Positions 51,150 through 64,000 of a stretch of 64,000 bases of DNA are shown piece by piece. The notes under the pieces were generated by a model. That model saw only the letters and a program-made list of their open reading frames with translations. It did no database searches and was not told the origin of the DNA. The position numbers and the translations under genes are program-made. The DNA comes from Azolla caroliniana (taxonomy: Eukaryota; Plantae; Polypodiophyta). Position 1 is the first letter of the stretch; the number at the start of each line of letters is the position of its first letter. The stretch spans positions 2,356,001-2,420,000 of the forward strand of contig JBHGNT010000003.1 in assembly GCA_043228905.1 (NCBI GenBank), written 5' to 3'.

Positions 51150-52705
51150 CTCAAATCGGAATGTCGGGCCAAGTATTGCCAAAATTGGGATCGGTGAGGA
51201 GTGACATGGTAGGACACACTCAAATCCAAGAGCCATGTGCTCGATCCCTCAATCGTACTAAGCAGAACTTTTGATTCGAGTGGGGTTTCAATGGATAATA
51301 TGTTGGGGTTGTCCGTCAATACTTCGGCTGATGAGCTGATGTAGTTAACCTCCTGTCAGCCACCCTTGAGATCAACTCTCTGAGTTTTTTCGTTTCTAGC
51401 TTTAAGGGTGCAACAGTCGGCCTTGATATGTTCGGGTTTCTTGCAGTAGTTGCAGGTTCGATTATCCTGGGACTTGCTTTGGTTTTGCTAATTTGTCGGC
51501 GGTCCAGAAAAACTTCTTCCTAAATTGATCGGTCGGTCGGCCGAACCTTGTACTACATATCATTCATCTACCGAGTCTTTTGCAAATGATTTTCCCTGAG
51601 CTGCTTCAATCAGGATTGCGCTCGTAACTTCGGAGTACTTCACAACAACAATAGAAGCATTGCACAAAGTTGTGACAAAAAGTTTCCCACGAAGGGGGGA
51701 AACTACTCATGAGCAACATTGCTCTCAATTCATCCTCGATTGTCGTCCCCTAAGGCAAAATCTAGTAGCTTAAACTTTTGTACACGTTTAGGTGTGCTTG
51801 AACTGAGTCAGATTCTTTCATCCGAAGGTTGTAGAGAAGTAGTTCGATCCATCGAACTTGGCACTTAGACGCATCTCTGGTTTGCAAGACTTTGTTGATG
51901 CCATATTGTATTGGTTTGCAAGACTTTTTCCGGGGTCGACTATGAACAGTAGTGGGGTCCAGCTGCTTGGCTCACTTGATATCGTCCTAGTCGGATTTGG
52001 ACCCAAGTCGAATCAACTTCAACTACTAGCGGATTCTATTTGAGGTGCCTACGGCCTGCCTATGGTAGATTGACCTATCTGAATTGGACACGAATGCGCC
52101 GATTAGTTACCTGACTGGAGTTGGGATGATAGTAAAGTACTAAGCTTGCTTGAAGTGGCTACGACGACTGGAGGGACAGAGCAGACTGGTCTTCCCTAAT
52201 GTCGCTTAACCGACTTGAGCACAGTTAGTTGTTGACTCGATTCCAAGAGACCTATCACAGATTATGTGTCGGTTATCCAGGCCGATCTTACTTCGAGTGA
52301 CTACGACAATTGGAGGGACAGATTTGGCTGGTCTTTCCAGACTTCGTCTAGCCAAGTGAAGCACAGATGGGGTTGCTCCTAGGGTCGGATCTCCTTTGAG
52401 TAGTTACAATAAAACAGTAGACAATGTCAAAGAACCTGTCAGATTGCGTCGAGGATGATTTGATGGGGATTCCACTACGAGTTGCTACAATCACAGAAAC
52501 AAAGTACAACCGACTGGCTTACTCCATGAGTGATTTAGCTCAATAGAGTGTGAATCTTCAAGTGTCTTTCTCGTCTCAGGATGAGACCTTGGACTCATGG
52601 TCTTCGAGAAAGCAGGGGCAAGAATGTTATTGAAAAATAGACAGCGAGTTGAACAACCTTTGCTCTGATACCAAATGTTGGGAACTCACACCATTAGTGC
52701 GGAAA
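51150..52705 (-). mobile_element. Decayed Copia: LTR stub, tRNA-iMet PBS, long leader, gag and protease remnants
   Basis: On the minus strand CA-TT-TGGTATCAGAGCA lies at 52661-52677. KFDGSNY at ~51850, knuckle CNYCKKPEHIKADC at ~51415-51455, and WLLDLSVSYHVTPH at ~51200-51240. Confidence 0.85.
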
Positions 52706-53559
52706 TTGAAAAGTTCTTGATGGGAAACAATCATGCCATTGGAAAATGGCAAAGAGAAAACAAATGGGGCATTCAAAAGCATGCGACATTAATATAAATA
52801 AAGACACCTAATATTTTCATAGATTCATAATGCTTCAAAACTAAATTGTAACGTAGCACGACATCATCAAAATGCTTTTAATTAGACAACAGGATGAAAA
52901 GCCACGTTGAAAATTTTCAGTTAGAGGCGACAGGATGTTTGATAGATGTAAAAATCTTAATTCTCTAATATGAATGCAGAGCTTTATAATCCAAGTGCCA
53001 ACAAAATTTTATCATAGAAATGTGTAAATCGACCTCTGATTCATAGGCGAGTCCCTTGGTTTGCTCACATCTATTAAGAGGACGAACATTAAAGAACCTC
53101 AACGGAAATCATGACTTTGTAGAAAGCCAACAATTCTGAGCCTAATACTCTTCACAACATACTTTTGTGAAGCCTAAAAATTCCAACAATAGTAACACCA
53201 CTGTGATAGCAACAACACCATATCATGATCTAATAGTAAACCCACCAGATTGTGACATACTTGTCTTTGTAACATATCCACTAGTTTAATTAGTGTCCCT
53301 TGGTATGATGATAGCAACCAGCATGAATTCCTTCACACATGATTCTTGTTGTTAATGTAATCAGTAGAATTTATTTGGGTTATATTCTCTGATAATCATG
53401 ATGATTATGATTGTTTCCATACATTGGTTATGGGTAGTAATGAATGGTGAGTCTAGGGGACACCTTTATTTTTTTCTTTCTCTCCCAAAAGATGTTATAG
53501 CTTTATTTTTTATTTGTCATCTCTTTCTTTCCATTATTTGAAAAGTTTTTAAGTGATAT

Positions 53560-53700
53560 TGTGAAAAGCACATAGATAGAACCCAAACTAGCTTGCCTTG
53601 CTTCTTACTTCTTGGTCAATTTATAATTGATACATAGAGACCCATTTGGGTTTGTTTCCCTACATGTGTGCTAAAAGGGTGCCCCAACCGGCCAACGGAA
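53560..53700 (+). mobile_element. 5' fragment of an LTR related to 1453-2274
   Basis: TGTGAAAAGCACATA..CTTCTTACTTCTT..CAATTTATA..ACCCATTTGGGTT..GCTAAAAGGGTG matches the reverse complement of 2150-2274. Confidence 0.7.
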
Positions 53701-54306
53701 TGAAGGTACACCACAGCCTCAACGCATGTGCTTGCTCAAAAAGTACTCTGTGCGGGCCATTGCAATGTTAGGTTTAGTTCCAACTTTCTATACATTTTAC
53801 ATTTTTTGTAACTTTTTATAGTTTTTTACGCTTTTTAGTTTTTTCATTGTCTGCAACTTGTTCTTCTACTACTAAAAATTATAAGAAATATAATAGGATG
53901 CCTCTCATAAACGTACCGGACTTTTTTATTTGAAAATGTATATATGGATGTATGATGAAGGTCTTCTAGAATTTGTGTATATTAAATTACGTAATATGTA
54001 GTGTCATGATAAGGACATGTTGATTTAGTGCAATCATAGACGATAATCATCAAGTACCGACAATGTCATAGATCATTAATCACTATAATTTGGGCATTGA
54101 ACATTACAACATAAAACACTAATCACATTACTTCTACTTCTACACCTTCCACAATTATAAGCTTCTATGGATCATAAATCAAACACATAATAAACATAAA
54201 CAAGAAAAAATAAGTGAGAGAATCAAGTATAAATGAAATCCCAAAGTAGTAAACAGAGCTCAACAGTCCATAATTGTTTTGAACTTCTTTATTTTTGCTA
54301 TAGGGT

Positions 54307-54860
54307 TTAAGGTTGGGTTAATTTAGGGCTTTGGGTGATAGCTAAGATCGTATAGATCGTCTGCAATATTGAAACCAAGTGTAGTAGAAACGCCGCAATG
54401 ACCAAACTCAATAACCATGGGCGAGAAAAATACGTGGCACGAAACTCCACATACATCGGACACCAAGGGCTCCTATAGTGCTCCATTACATCGCAGGTCA
54501 TCGCTTCCCATCTCTGGCATGGCCGATTCGAGACATTGATGCACATGTTGACCAATCTAATATGTTATGTCTTACCATGAAGCTCTTCACTCACAGTGCC
54601 TTACAATGATCAAGAGAAGAGCTCCCCAACTTTTGATACAATGGTCCAATGGTTAGGATTCGAGTGGAATGTGAGAGTGGCTTGACCTCCAACAATGCTC
54701 GAGGAATCTTCCAGATCACTGAGCTTTAGTTGGACTCATGTGTATTAGCATCAACACTAGCATTCTCGATCTTGAGTGTCATGTAGTCTCTCCATTTGGC
54801 GTCTTCAGTGAGATTAAGCTCACGAGTGGCATGCGGTCTCTCCATTCGTCTTCTTCAGTG
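54307..54860 (-). pseudogene. DUF247 pseudogene with most of the core deleted
   Basis: The N-terminal ILTIGPLYQKL..CKAL remnant (54580-54720) is joined to NMCINVS..YVEFRATYFSRPWLLSLVIAAFLL. Confidence 0.85.
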
Positions 54861-56479
54861 AAATTCTGATCGGTGTAGCTCCGCAATGACGGGGGTGCTT
54901 ACATGGCGGCTAGGAGAGATGGGTTCATCGATTTTCAAGTGTTAAGTCTACTAGCTGATTTGCCTCACTACATTGTGACAATTGAGACTTTCAGACTCTT
55001 GATCTATAAGTCTGTTGATAGTTCTTAGAGATGTTAGATGGTTCATTCCATGATTTTTTTGGGTTTTAAAAGTGATGCAAAGCTTTGTGTTAACGCAGGT
55101 TTCGTTTGCATCGTGTTGGGTGAATAGTATGTAACTCCAAGGACCTACCCTACGTACCCCCATAAGTGAGTAATTACCCAATATTGAAACTTCAACTTGG
55201 CTTTCTTTACCCAATATTGAAGTTTATACAAACCAAACATAGAGACAAGGTACCTTTTAGCAAGAGAGAGAAGGTATCTTTTAAAGATGGAAAGATAAAG
55301 ATTGAAGGAAGGAGAGTATTTGGGGGAATAATATGAACCAAAATGTACTTCATTGGCAATAAACAAGACAATTACTTATTTGACTCTTAAATCCACATAC
55401 AAGACATGCCAATGGATATTTTTATGTTAGCCATCTTGTTCAACTTGTAGGTGATTTGATGAATGATCCCGAATGTGGGATCAGAAAGACGACAACCAAG
55501 AAGAAGAAGAACATATTGTGCTTTAGTACTTCATTGCGAAAACTACTTAATTTAATCCCATGTCTATTTCCATTAATATATGAATCACGAAAACGATTCA
55601 CGAGAAGTATATAATCTTCCACAATTTCATAAACCAATCTTGGATTACAAATCAAAAAACATGATTCACCATCAGTACATAATCTTCCACAATTTCATAA
55701 GCCAAAGTGGATTATAAATCAATAAAACATAAATAATGGGAAATAATTGAATTAATAAACAAAAATTGAAATTCCCGAAAGAATAAACAAAAGCTCAATA
55801 CTTGATTGTGTTAAGCTTCTCTACGATCACATGCATACCAAAAGCATGGATTCGATACTCATTTAGGTGAGCTTGATCTCCATCATTTAAAATGTTGGCC
55901 AAAACCAATTATGGTGGGATAAGATAAATTTCTACTCGGCTCAAGAAAATGGAGAAAATGAAGGCACCAACAAGTGTCTAAAATTTCTCAACCTAACGTG
56001 ACAAATGACTTGAGAGAAAGCAAACGAATTGAATCCTCAACTCAATAGTTCTCGTATACATAATTGTTTGAGAGATGTATGTAATACTCCAAAGAATAAA
56101 AACTCAGAGACATTTTGGTTTCTGATTTTGACGCTCCACAAGCGAACACTAATAAATAAATTTGATTAGAAGGATTTCTTTAAACATAGATGTTTCCATT
56201 CCCTTTGAATGGAAGCATTGATTTTACCCTGTGCTGTCACTAGGCAATATTCTGTTAGTCAAATAAAATCAGCTCACACATTTTGTGAAAGGCGGAAGGA
56301 GATGTTTCTAAACTAGAACTTAATAACAGAAAAATTACATAATAATTGCTCTGCTTTTACTGAAAGATATAAAAGTTTGTTATTGTTTTTTGTTCTTTTA
56401 CTTTCTTCTTAAATGTTATGTGAGTATTGATATGTGCTTAATTATCTATTTGTGCTTCTGATTCTGTTTTGCTTCCATC

Positions 56480-57130
56480 TATATCATTGACTTCCTTTAA
56501 AAGTGTTGAAACTGTTATTATTTTGATTCCTTAATACTATATACATACGTATAATGTATGTATATAATGCGTTCACTATGTTTAGATTAGCATTTAGAGA
56601 TCATGTCAACGTGTCAAAACGTGTCAACGTGTTGTAACTTGTTATGTTTGTTCCCTTATACTAGTACTCAACCCACAAAGAAATAATATTGTAGCACGAC
56701 ACTTTAGACCACCTAATGGGCACATAGAGTATCATGAATACATGTAAGAAAGAGTTGTCTTCGTCTAATTTATTGGTTGGTTTACAAATCATTCATTTCT
56801 TAGACTATATCCCTCCAATCGGCTCACAATATATGTGTATAGCATTGACTTCCTTTAAAAGTGTTGAAACTGTTATTTTGATTCCTTAATACTATATACA
56901 TCTGACATATATAATGCGTTCACTATGTTTAGGTTAGCATTTAGAGATCGTGTCAACGTGTTGTTATGTTTGTTCCCTAATACTAGTACTCAACGCACAA
57001 AGAAATAATATTGTAGCACGACACTTTAGACCGTCTAATGGGTACATAGAGTATCATGAATACATGGAAGAAAGAGTTGTCTTCGTCTAATTTATTGGTT
57101 GGTTTACAAATCATTCATTTCTTAGACTGT
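56480..57130. repeat. ~350-bp tandem duplication; single copy at 17340-17650
   Basis: CATTGACTTCCTTTAAAAGTGTTGAAAC...AATCATTCATTTCTTAGACT occurs at ~56485-56808 and ~56843-57128. Confidence 0.85.
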
Positions 57131-59239
57131 AAACAAACAAACAAACAAATTGGAGCCTCATAAGTAAAGGCAAGATAAGATCAATTCCATGATTTGGTCT
57201 TTATCACCATCGCCAACGAGGATGTGGAAACATTCATGCGTTCAATGAAAAGATTTTGTCATGGTAACATACAATGTCACCATTATTCATTCGTTCATGT
57301 TGTCTTTCACAATCGATGACAACGAGGTGTTAGCAATTGCCACGAGAAGCTCTGTCGTGGTCACTTAAATATTCCTCATTCTCGCAACAAGAGAAATTTG
57401 CAAATGTGTGAGAATATAGAAAATTCCCCAAAACCCAATAAGTCTTGAAAGTATATACACACGCATAAATGTAGTTTAATTTTTTGCTTGCATTTAATAT
57501 TAGCTATGGATATGGTTGAGAGCATGAAAAAGGCTTAGTTTGTAAAGCACGAGCCTCCAATGTTTTCCCACGTCATCGTACATTGGTGTTGCAAAATGGC
57601 CTCGTTTACAAAGGAATCTAGTGATGCATTAGGAACTAGGGTAGAAGTATTTCTATATCGATGTCAACACATTTTGGTGGGATCTAATAAGAGTCAAGGA
57701 TGGAAGGCTTTTTGTATGGATGTTAACATGTTTTGGTGGAATACAAGAAGACTCAAGCATGGAAAGTATTCTATTTTATCAATAATGTGTTCTTGTTTCT
57801 CTACAATTCGATGTTTAATGCTCACATTTACATTAGGACATTTAGACAACTACGATGAGACGAAATAAGACATTCTAACTACATTGAAAAACGTTAAATG
57901 TGTGAGCCACAATATGGAAGTAATTCCTTTATCCACCACATAAGGAACTTTTTGTCTCCTGAAAATTTAATGTTATTGTCATAAGGTAGTTATTTGAGAG
58001 CCAATAAGTATAAAAATAAGAGAACCCTCTTGTAAATTTACTAGGAGAAAAACTATAGTTTAGGGTGAAGGAACATTCAGGAAAAAGTGGGGGATAACCC
58101 CATGGGTTTTACATACATCCTTCAACGGCATTCTTATCTCTTCACATCCTTTCGTCACACCTTCTTCCCCATCCTTCACAACTCAAAGATGTAAAACAAT
58201 TTTGTTTTCCTCTCTTGAAAGTGCCCATGTGGGGTGTGGTTAATTACATTTTGATTGCAGCCCGTCTCATGTAAACAAATTAGGAATTGTTAATGATGGC
58301 TAATGGAAAGCTAGTATTTGCTTTTGTTATCATAGGGTTTTTTCGATTGCCCTCATATGTTATTTCCTATTGCTTGTGTATTCTTTTTTCATATGATTTA
58401 TATAGATATTCTCTTTTGGGTATGGTTTGAAGGAACTAGACTCTTCTTATGTGTGAACATGAGATTGACAATGAGAATAGACATAAATGAAAAGTCTATG
58501 GGTAAACCATAAAACGTATGACTATATTGTGAATCTAAAATAGATTACAACACTATGTTCCTTGTAGTGGGTACCATCTAGGAACCATGAGCTTTGTAAT
58601 TCATTACAAACTGAATTTACGTGTTTCGTCGTGATTGTTATATGATAGTAATATCTTTGAATTTGGAATCAATTGATAAAAAAAGGTGAGGAATGTATGA
58701 TAGTCAAATGCAAAGTGGTGGAAAATATTGGAACGGGGTTGTCATCCCCATTTTCCATTTTGTGCCAAGGTGTTTATACGGAAACTCATGGATTGGTTGG
58801 TTCCCATTGGTGCATATTACTTTCCAGTACCCATCCTTTTAGGTTGAGCTCTTGTGTAAATTTTTGGCTATCAATTGTATGAACACTCTATCTATGTTGG
58901 GGTACATCCTAACATTATTTTCGCAATGCAGTTAATGTGTATATCATGAATTGGGTAATGAGACTCAAACAGAGCATACTTCATTTTAATAGGGAAAGGA
59001 TGACATGATTCCTTGTTTAACCCATGCTTGTAACCAGACACTCAGTAATACAGTAATCACCAATTAATATAAAATATGGGAAATCTTACAACAACCATGT
59101 TTGGTCATGCTTTTATGAGTCCATTATTCCTAGTCACTTAAAAGATTTTACAACAGAAATAACGTACAATGAAATCCCAACTGAATGACAAATTAATACA
59201 AATAACCGAAGTTTCCTTATTGTTGCCCTGACGGTTAAT

Positions 59240-60716
59240 TTAGGGCTTAGATTGGTAATAGCCTGCGACTGTATAGCTTGTCTGCACTACTGAGAATATG
59301 AGCAGTAGAAACCCCACCAGGAGGGAAATCGCCAGCCATGGCTTAGAGAAATACTTTTCGTGAAACTCCACATACACAGGACGCCAACGACTCTGATAGT
59401 CCTCCAATACATCGTGTATCATGTCGTCCCATTTCGGGCATGGTTCATTTGAGATGTTGATGCACATGTCATTCCACATCTGGAGCAACTTCTCATCGCT
59501 CCCCAAGTGATTCTCTATGACCCCTGCCTTAGTAATGATCGCTACATCCTCGGGTGTGTCGATGAGCGAGTCCATGATGACCGCATACTTAGTGAGCTCA
59601 CCTCCATCTTTGGAGGTTTGTTCGTGGGCAATGAGGTTCCTCAGCTTATCCTCCGTGTCATGTTCCACCACAAGCCGTGGAAGATCAAACCGATGGTTTC
59701 TCTTGTCGTAGTGCATCACTGATATGCCACCACCTTCAATTGCTCTGAACCAGACCCCAACTTTCGAGAGCTGTGACGCTGATGGCAGGCGATCGCGACA
59801 TAACTATCTTGTGAGACTGTGCTTTTTCTGTCCGGAAAGGATTTGGTAGTCGTCGGAATGTACATTTCGTTATCTTGTGAACTGCTTGTTGCATCCAGAA
59901 AGGATTCGGTGGTAGTCGTGGGAATGTACATCGATTGGTGCCTTGTATCTTATTCTGTTGTGGTCGTTCTCTGAGGACCCAAACATATAGGCAATCAAGT
60001 AGATGACTGCACTGGCAAAAATCTGGAATCTGAAATTTGTTGTCCTTAAAACTCCAGGTAAAGAATGGATCTACTTCTTTGACTAGCCCAACCAATGCTC
60101 TATTGAGCTCATCGTTTTCTATGTTGGGTTCCTTTGGAAACTCTTCAAATAGATTCATTAGAAATGACATGGGAATTTGGTTTCCCATCAAGAACAAGTC
60201 CCTGAAAAATTGCTTGGTTATGATATTATTTTTCCAGAGTGTTGGGAAGTGGCTGTATTGCTTACTTGCAGATTCCGACTCAGTTGCACACATATACAGA
60301 AAGAATTCATACATGAAGATGGTATCGAGAGTGAGCATAAGCTGGAGACTTTCAGGACTATAGTCCAGAGGGTTTGAATAATGGGTGTCAAGAAAAGAAC
60401 GGGGATCATTGAAGAGGCGTTGCATGAGAACTTTCACATCTGGTATCTCTTGTGTTTGCATGAATCTCCACACACACAGTTCCTTACAACGATCCACAGA
60501 AGCGCTGTCACGAAGCATGTCATGCAATGGCCCGATGGTCAGGAGTTGCGGCCGATATGACTGTGGCCTCACATCCAATAATGCTTGCGGAGGCTTCGAA
60601 ATCTTCAAACTTTCGTTGGACCCATTGGTATCAGCATCAGTAGGCGCATTGATTCTTCTTATCGTGTTTTCTATCCAATCATCTCCAAACGAAATCACAA
60701 ATTCTTCTTCATCCAT
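59240..60716 (-). pseudogene. Full-length DUF247 copy interrupted by one extra base at 59798 (recent pseudogene or assembly error)
   Basis: ATG-T-CGC-GAT-CGC-CTG compared with ATG-CGT-GAG-CGC-CTG in the paralog at ~32020. Removing one base joins the two ORFs into 491 aa ending in an intact transmembrane helix. Confidence 0.9.
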
Positions 60717-60929
60717 TTGAGGTAGGTCTTCTATGTTGATATTGTCTTAAACTTCTTCTTCAGACTTCCTCTTCTGTGAGTGCTTTCTAGCAGAAGTCAA
60801 GTAGCAGCCCTAGTGTTTATTTGCAGGAAATAAGAATTGAGAGAAAAAATGAGAGAGAGAGAGAGAGAGGGGGGGGTAAGAATGCCAGAATCATATGTAT
60901 GGAGAGAGAAACAGATCACAATCATTCCA

Positions 60930-61110
60930 TTTTATGCGTAGTAAAGTCAACTCCTTATTGTAAAGGTTTTGTGCATGTGCAAACCTCAAGGAGGTTCCTC
61001 AACACATGCTCTGTGCCATTCTTTTTAATGTACTTATATTACAATCTGGATTCTAATCTCATTTGGGCGAGCTTGATCTTGAATTTAGAGATCAAGTTTT
61101 TCTTTTTTTA
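60930..61110 (-). promoter_or_regulatory. Conserved upstream module shared by DUF247 and P450 copies (also 14330-14515, 18730-18920, 43365-43515, 49855-50010)
   Basis: Recurrent ATCTCTAAA..GAGATCAAGCTC.CC.AAATGAGA..AATCCAG..TGTA..TAAAGAATGGCACAGA.CATGTGTTGAG..CCTTTTACA.TAAGGAGTT..CTTTACTA located 170-330 bp upstream of start codons. Confidence 0.7.
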
Positions 61111-64000
61111 GTGATTGGGTTCCGAGCTTTTTAGGCAAAGCTCTGTACATTAATGATAGTAAATACAGCACTAATCACGACACATTTGAAAAAATAAATA
61201 CTCTTCACAAAAATCACACGACGTATATGAAATTGGATTAGAATTAGGTCTCAAATTACATACCATGAACAATCTCAGAAAAAAAGAGAAGGAGTTGACT
61301 TAATTATTTAATACATGGTGTGATCGTTTGAGAGGAAGTAAGTACAAAAATAACTGAAACTTTGCAGGCATTCGAATAGTTCTTGCTCCAGGCACCATTA
61401 CAACTGTCGATTAAAATTCGTAACGACATGGGTCATCGCAGTGCTTCTTTCTGCTCGCAGTTTCACTATTGCTCGATTAAGCTATCCTTGGGATAAAAAT
61501 TCATTCACGCTTGAGACCTGTCACAACAAGTATATTATATCATCCATTAAGTGATACCTTTGAAAAGGTGTGGAACCTTTGTTAGTAAAATACAAGGTGC
61601 TGAAAATTTTTGGAATGTTGTTGTCATCCATTTCCCATTTCTTGCCAAAATTATTTATATAAAAAGTCATAATTGGTGGGCTCACATTAGGCTCAAACTT
61701 AATTTGACTTGAACAAGGGTTATGTAAATGCTTCTTTTATACCATTTCAATGGAGGACAATATACATAGGTTCATTAAATACCCTACAAATCATGTCATT
61801 TGGAAGTACTTAACATAGTTTTGGCAGTGTTATTTAAAGCTTATTTGGGTTTTTCTTTAGTATGCTCAAAATGGTAGACATGATTAGTTGGAGATCTGAC
61901 TCAAAATTATACAATATTGTGGGTTGCATCACTATTGGAATATTGGACGGAGTACTTTCATGTTTGATGGTAGAGATGGGTTGAAATCCTATGTTTAGAA
62001 GTTGAAAGGACATTCTTATGTGGAGTTTTTGGATGCTCAAACATCTTGGGGATCATTTCCTCCAATGCATATTCAAGTTTTCTAATGGCGAAAAACTTAG
62101 TAACAATGGTTTGTACATAAAATTAATTATAATTGTGTGACTTTACCAAAATGTAAAATGAGAAAGAGAGGACTTCTATAATACGAAAGGATTTGAGAAA
62201 AAGTAGATGAATTGAATCCTCACTTTATAGCATTATGATTGTGGGAATTTTGTAAGGTTGTTGAATTGTCTTCTGTTGGCGTCGTGCTGGCAATATCATA
62301 TTCCTAACTTGAGCACTTGTAGTATCAAAGTGTGGAGAGTAAAAATGGTCATAGAAAGAAAATACTCCCTCCCATAAAAGGTAATGGATCCTTAATAAGC
62401 TCATCTTTCTTGGGAAAGAAGAAAACAACATTCAAATTTACATGAGAATCAGGGTGAACAATGAGAAGTTACCAACCATGGTGTATGAACATGGAAATCA
62501 TACTTAAACAATATAATTTGTTAACGATTTTGGATGGAACTGTCGTATATCCCAACATTGATAACACCACAAATGCACTTGATGTGCAAACATTGACGTG
62601 ACATGATTTAAACGCTTGCTTGGCTCCATCTTCATATGGAGGACACACTTAAGCAAAGTGTAGGAACCTTGAGTACTCTAAACAAATATGGGATAGATTA
62701 GAGACAAATTAACTCCATGCCCATGTTATGTCCCAAGTTGCTAATTTTAAAACTTTAATAAACATGACCATGAATGAAAATGGTGACCTTGACATGTTTG
62801 TAAAAAATTGGTAGCTTCGCCTTTTAAAGATGTGAATTTTTCAAGACTTAGTTTGCCAAGTTCCATCCATTTCTCATGCCACACCACATAGATCATTTAG
62901 ACACGTCCAAACTATGCCACCATACTAAGGCAATATTGATTAGGTCACCAAAACCATCAAACACCATTGGTTCATTCTTTCCAAGAGTCCTAGTATAATT
63001 TAGGAATTCCTAAATATATATTCTTAAGTCAAATAAAATGTTAAAATCAAGGAGTACATATCCAACACCTTAGAAAAACCTAAATGCATTGTAACATTAT
63101 ATTATGTATATCTTACGCAAAAGATGATTATTGTTGTATGTCATCCAGATATTTTAATTATCCAAAGAGAGTCCTTGCAATTACATATCTATATGTACAT
63201 ATAATGTATGTGTGAGCTCTCGCTATCAACAAATATACATTCTCGTTCTCATCAAAAGAACATAAATACAAATTATAAATTTATGTGGATATAATGTATT
63301 TGGTTTTCGCTCATAGGCTTCTTTTTACATTGTCAACTTCCATTTCTTCAATATTTTGCCCTCAAATTCATGTTCCTACTATGATATGAAGTGTTTTTTA
63401 AAAAACATTTAAACAAAACTACACCATAGTTTCCATTACCAATCCAATAAGCGTATACAAAACATATAATGATACCATCTAGTGGAGGGTAAGATAAGAC
63501 AGAAAAGGTATTTCCCCCCATTATGTCATGATTGAAACCAAACTCCACCTCTGGAGGAAACTATGATATCAAGTGTTATGCCCCAAAATAACTTGAATGA
63601 ATGAATAACGGTGATTTTGACCGTTAGCATGATAAAGGCTTTTCTTCAAACTCACGAATGTTTCCTCATCCTCATCATCAATGGTGAGAAACGAAATGAA
63701 CGAATTGACCTTAGATTGTTCCTACTAAGGCCAATTTGTTTATGGTCTAAAAAGCAAATGATTTGTAAACTAACCAATAAAGACAAATACAACTCTTTCT
63801 TGTGTGTGTGTATCAATCATGAGCATCCATCTGATGTGTGAGCAAAGCCAAAAGAGAATGCCTAAAGTATCTTGCTTCTATATTGTTTCTTGCGCTTTAT
63901 GTAGTTTAAAGGAACAAAGACAACAAAACTTCATGGAAATTCAATGCATTATTGTTAGGAGAACGTGCTAAATTATGCTTTCTTTCAAGTCCTTTATGTT

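Noticed and set aside
57360-59200. Coding potential of short ORFs such as 57560-57868 and 58673-58882
   Set aside because: No recognisable motifs; AT-rich, probably decayed repeat or intergenic sequence.
59790-59805. Programmed frameshift or intron explaining the split ORF
   Set aside because: No slippery sequence, paralogs are intronless, and a single extra base explains it.
1-64000. A small secreted partner gene like the grass sS/sZ stigma determinants next to DUF247
   Set aside because: No short ORF with a convincing signal peptide or conserved paralogs was recognisable. A spliced small gene could be missed without RNA data.

Overview
Plant nuclear DNA; a non-angiosperm vascular plant such as a fern is my guess from the repeat types, not something the sequence proves. 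The window is a birth-and-death tandem array of intronless DUF247 (UPF0481) genes with about 14 copies or remnants on both strands. One copy is intact with its C-terminal membrane helix (3828-5297). One is a single base from intact (59240-60716). One keeps its reading frame through compensating mutations (19254-20486). One subfamily has lost the membrane anchor, and the rest are pseudogenes. Three remnants of a CYP85-clan (CYP716-like) P450 are interleaved, two of them behind the same upstream element as the DUF247 copies. Transposable elements: a Copia 5' end at the left edge, a Gypsy remnant primed by tRNA-Trp, a three-deep nest of one Copia family with a solo LTR inside it, a 3'-truncated L1 LINE and a decayed Copia. 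The most interesting structures are the inverted DUF247 copies at 43.7-48.5 kb, which could fold back into a family-wide siRNA source, the shared DUF247/P450 upstream module, and the anchor-less subfamily. All alignments were done by eye and many boundaries are approximate.
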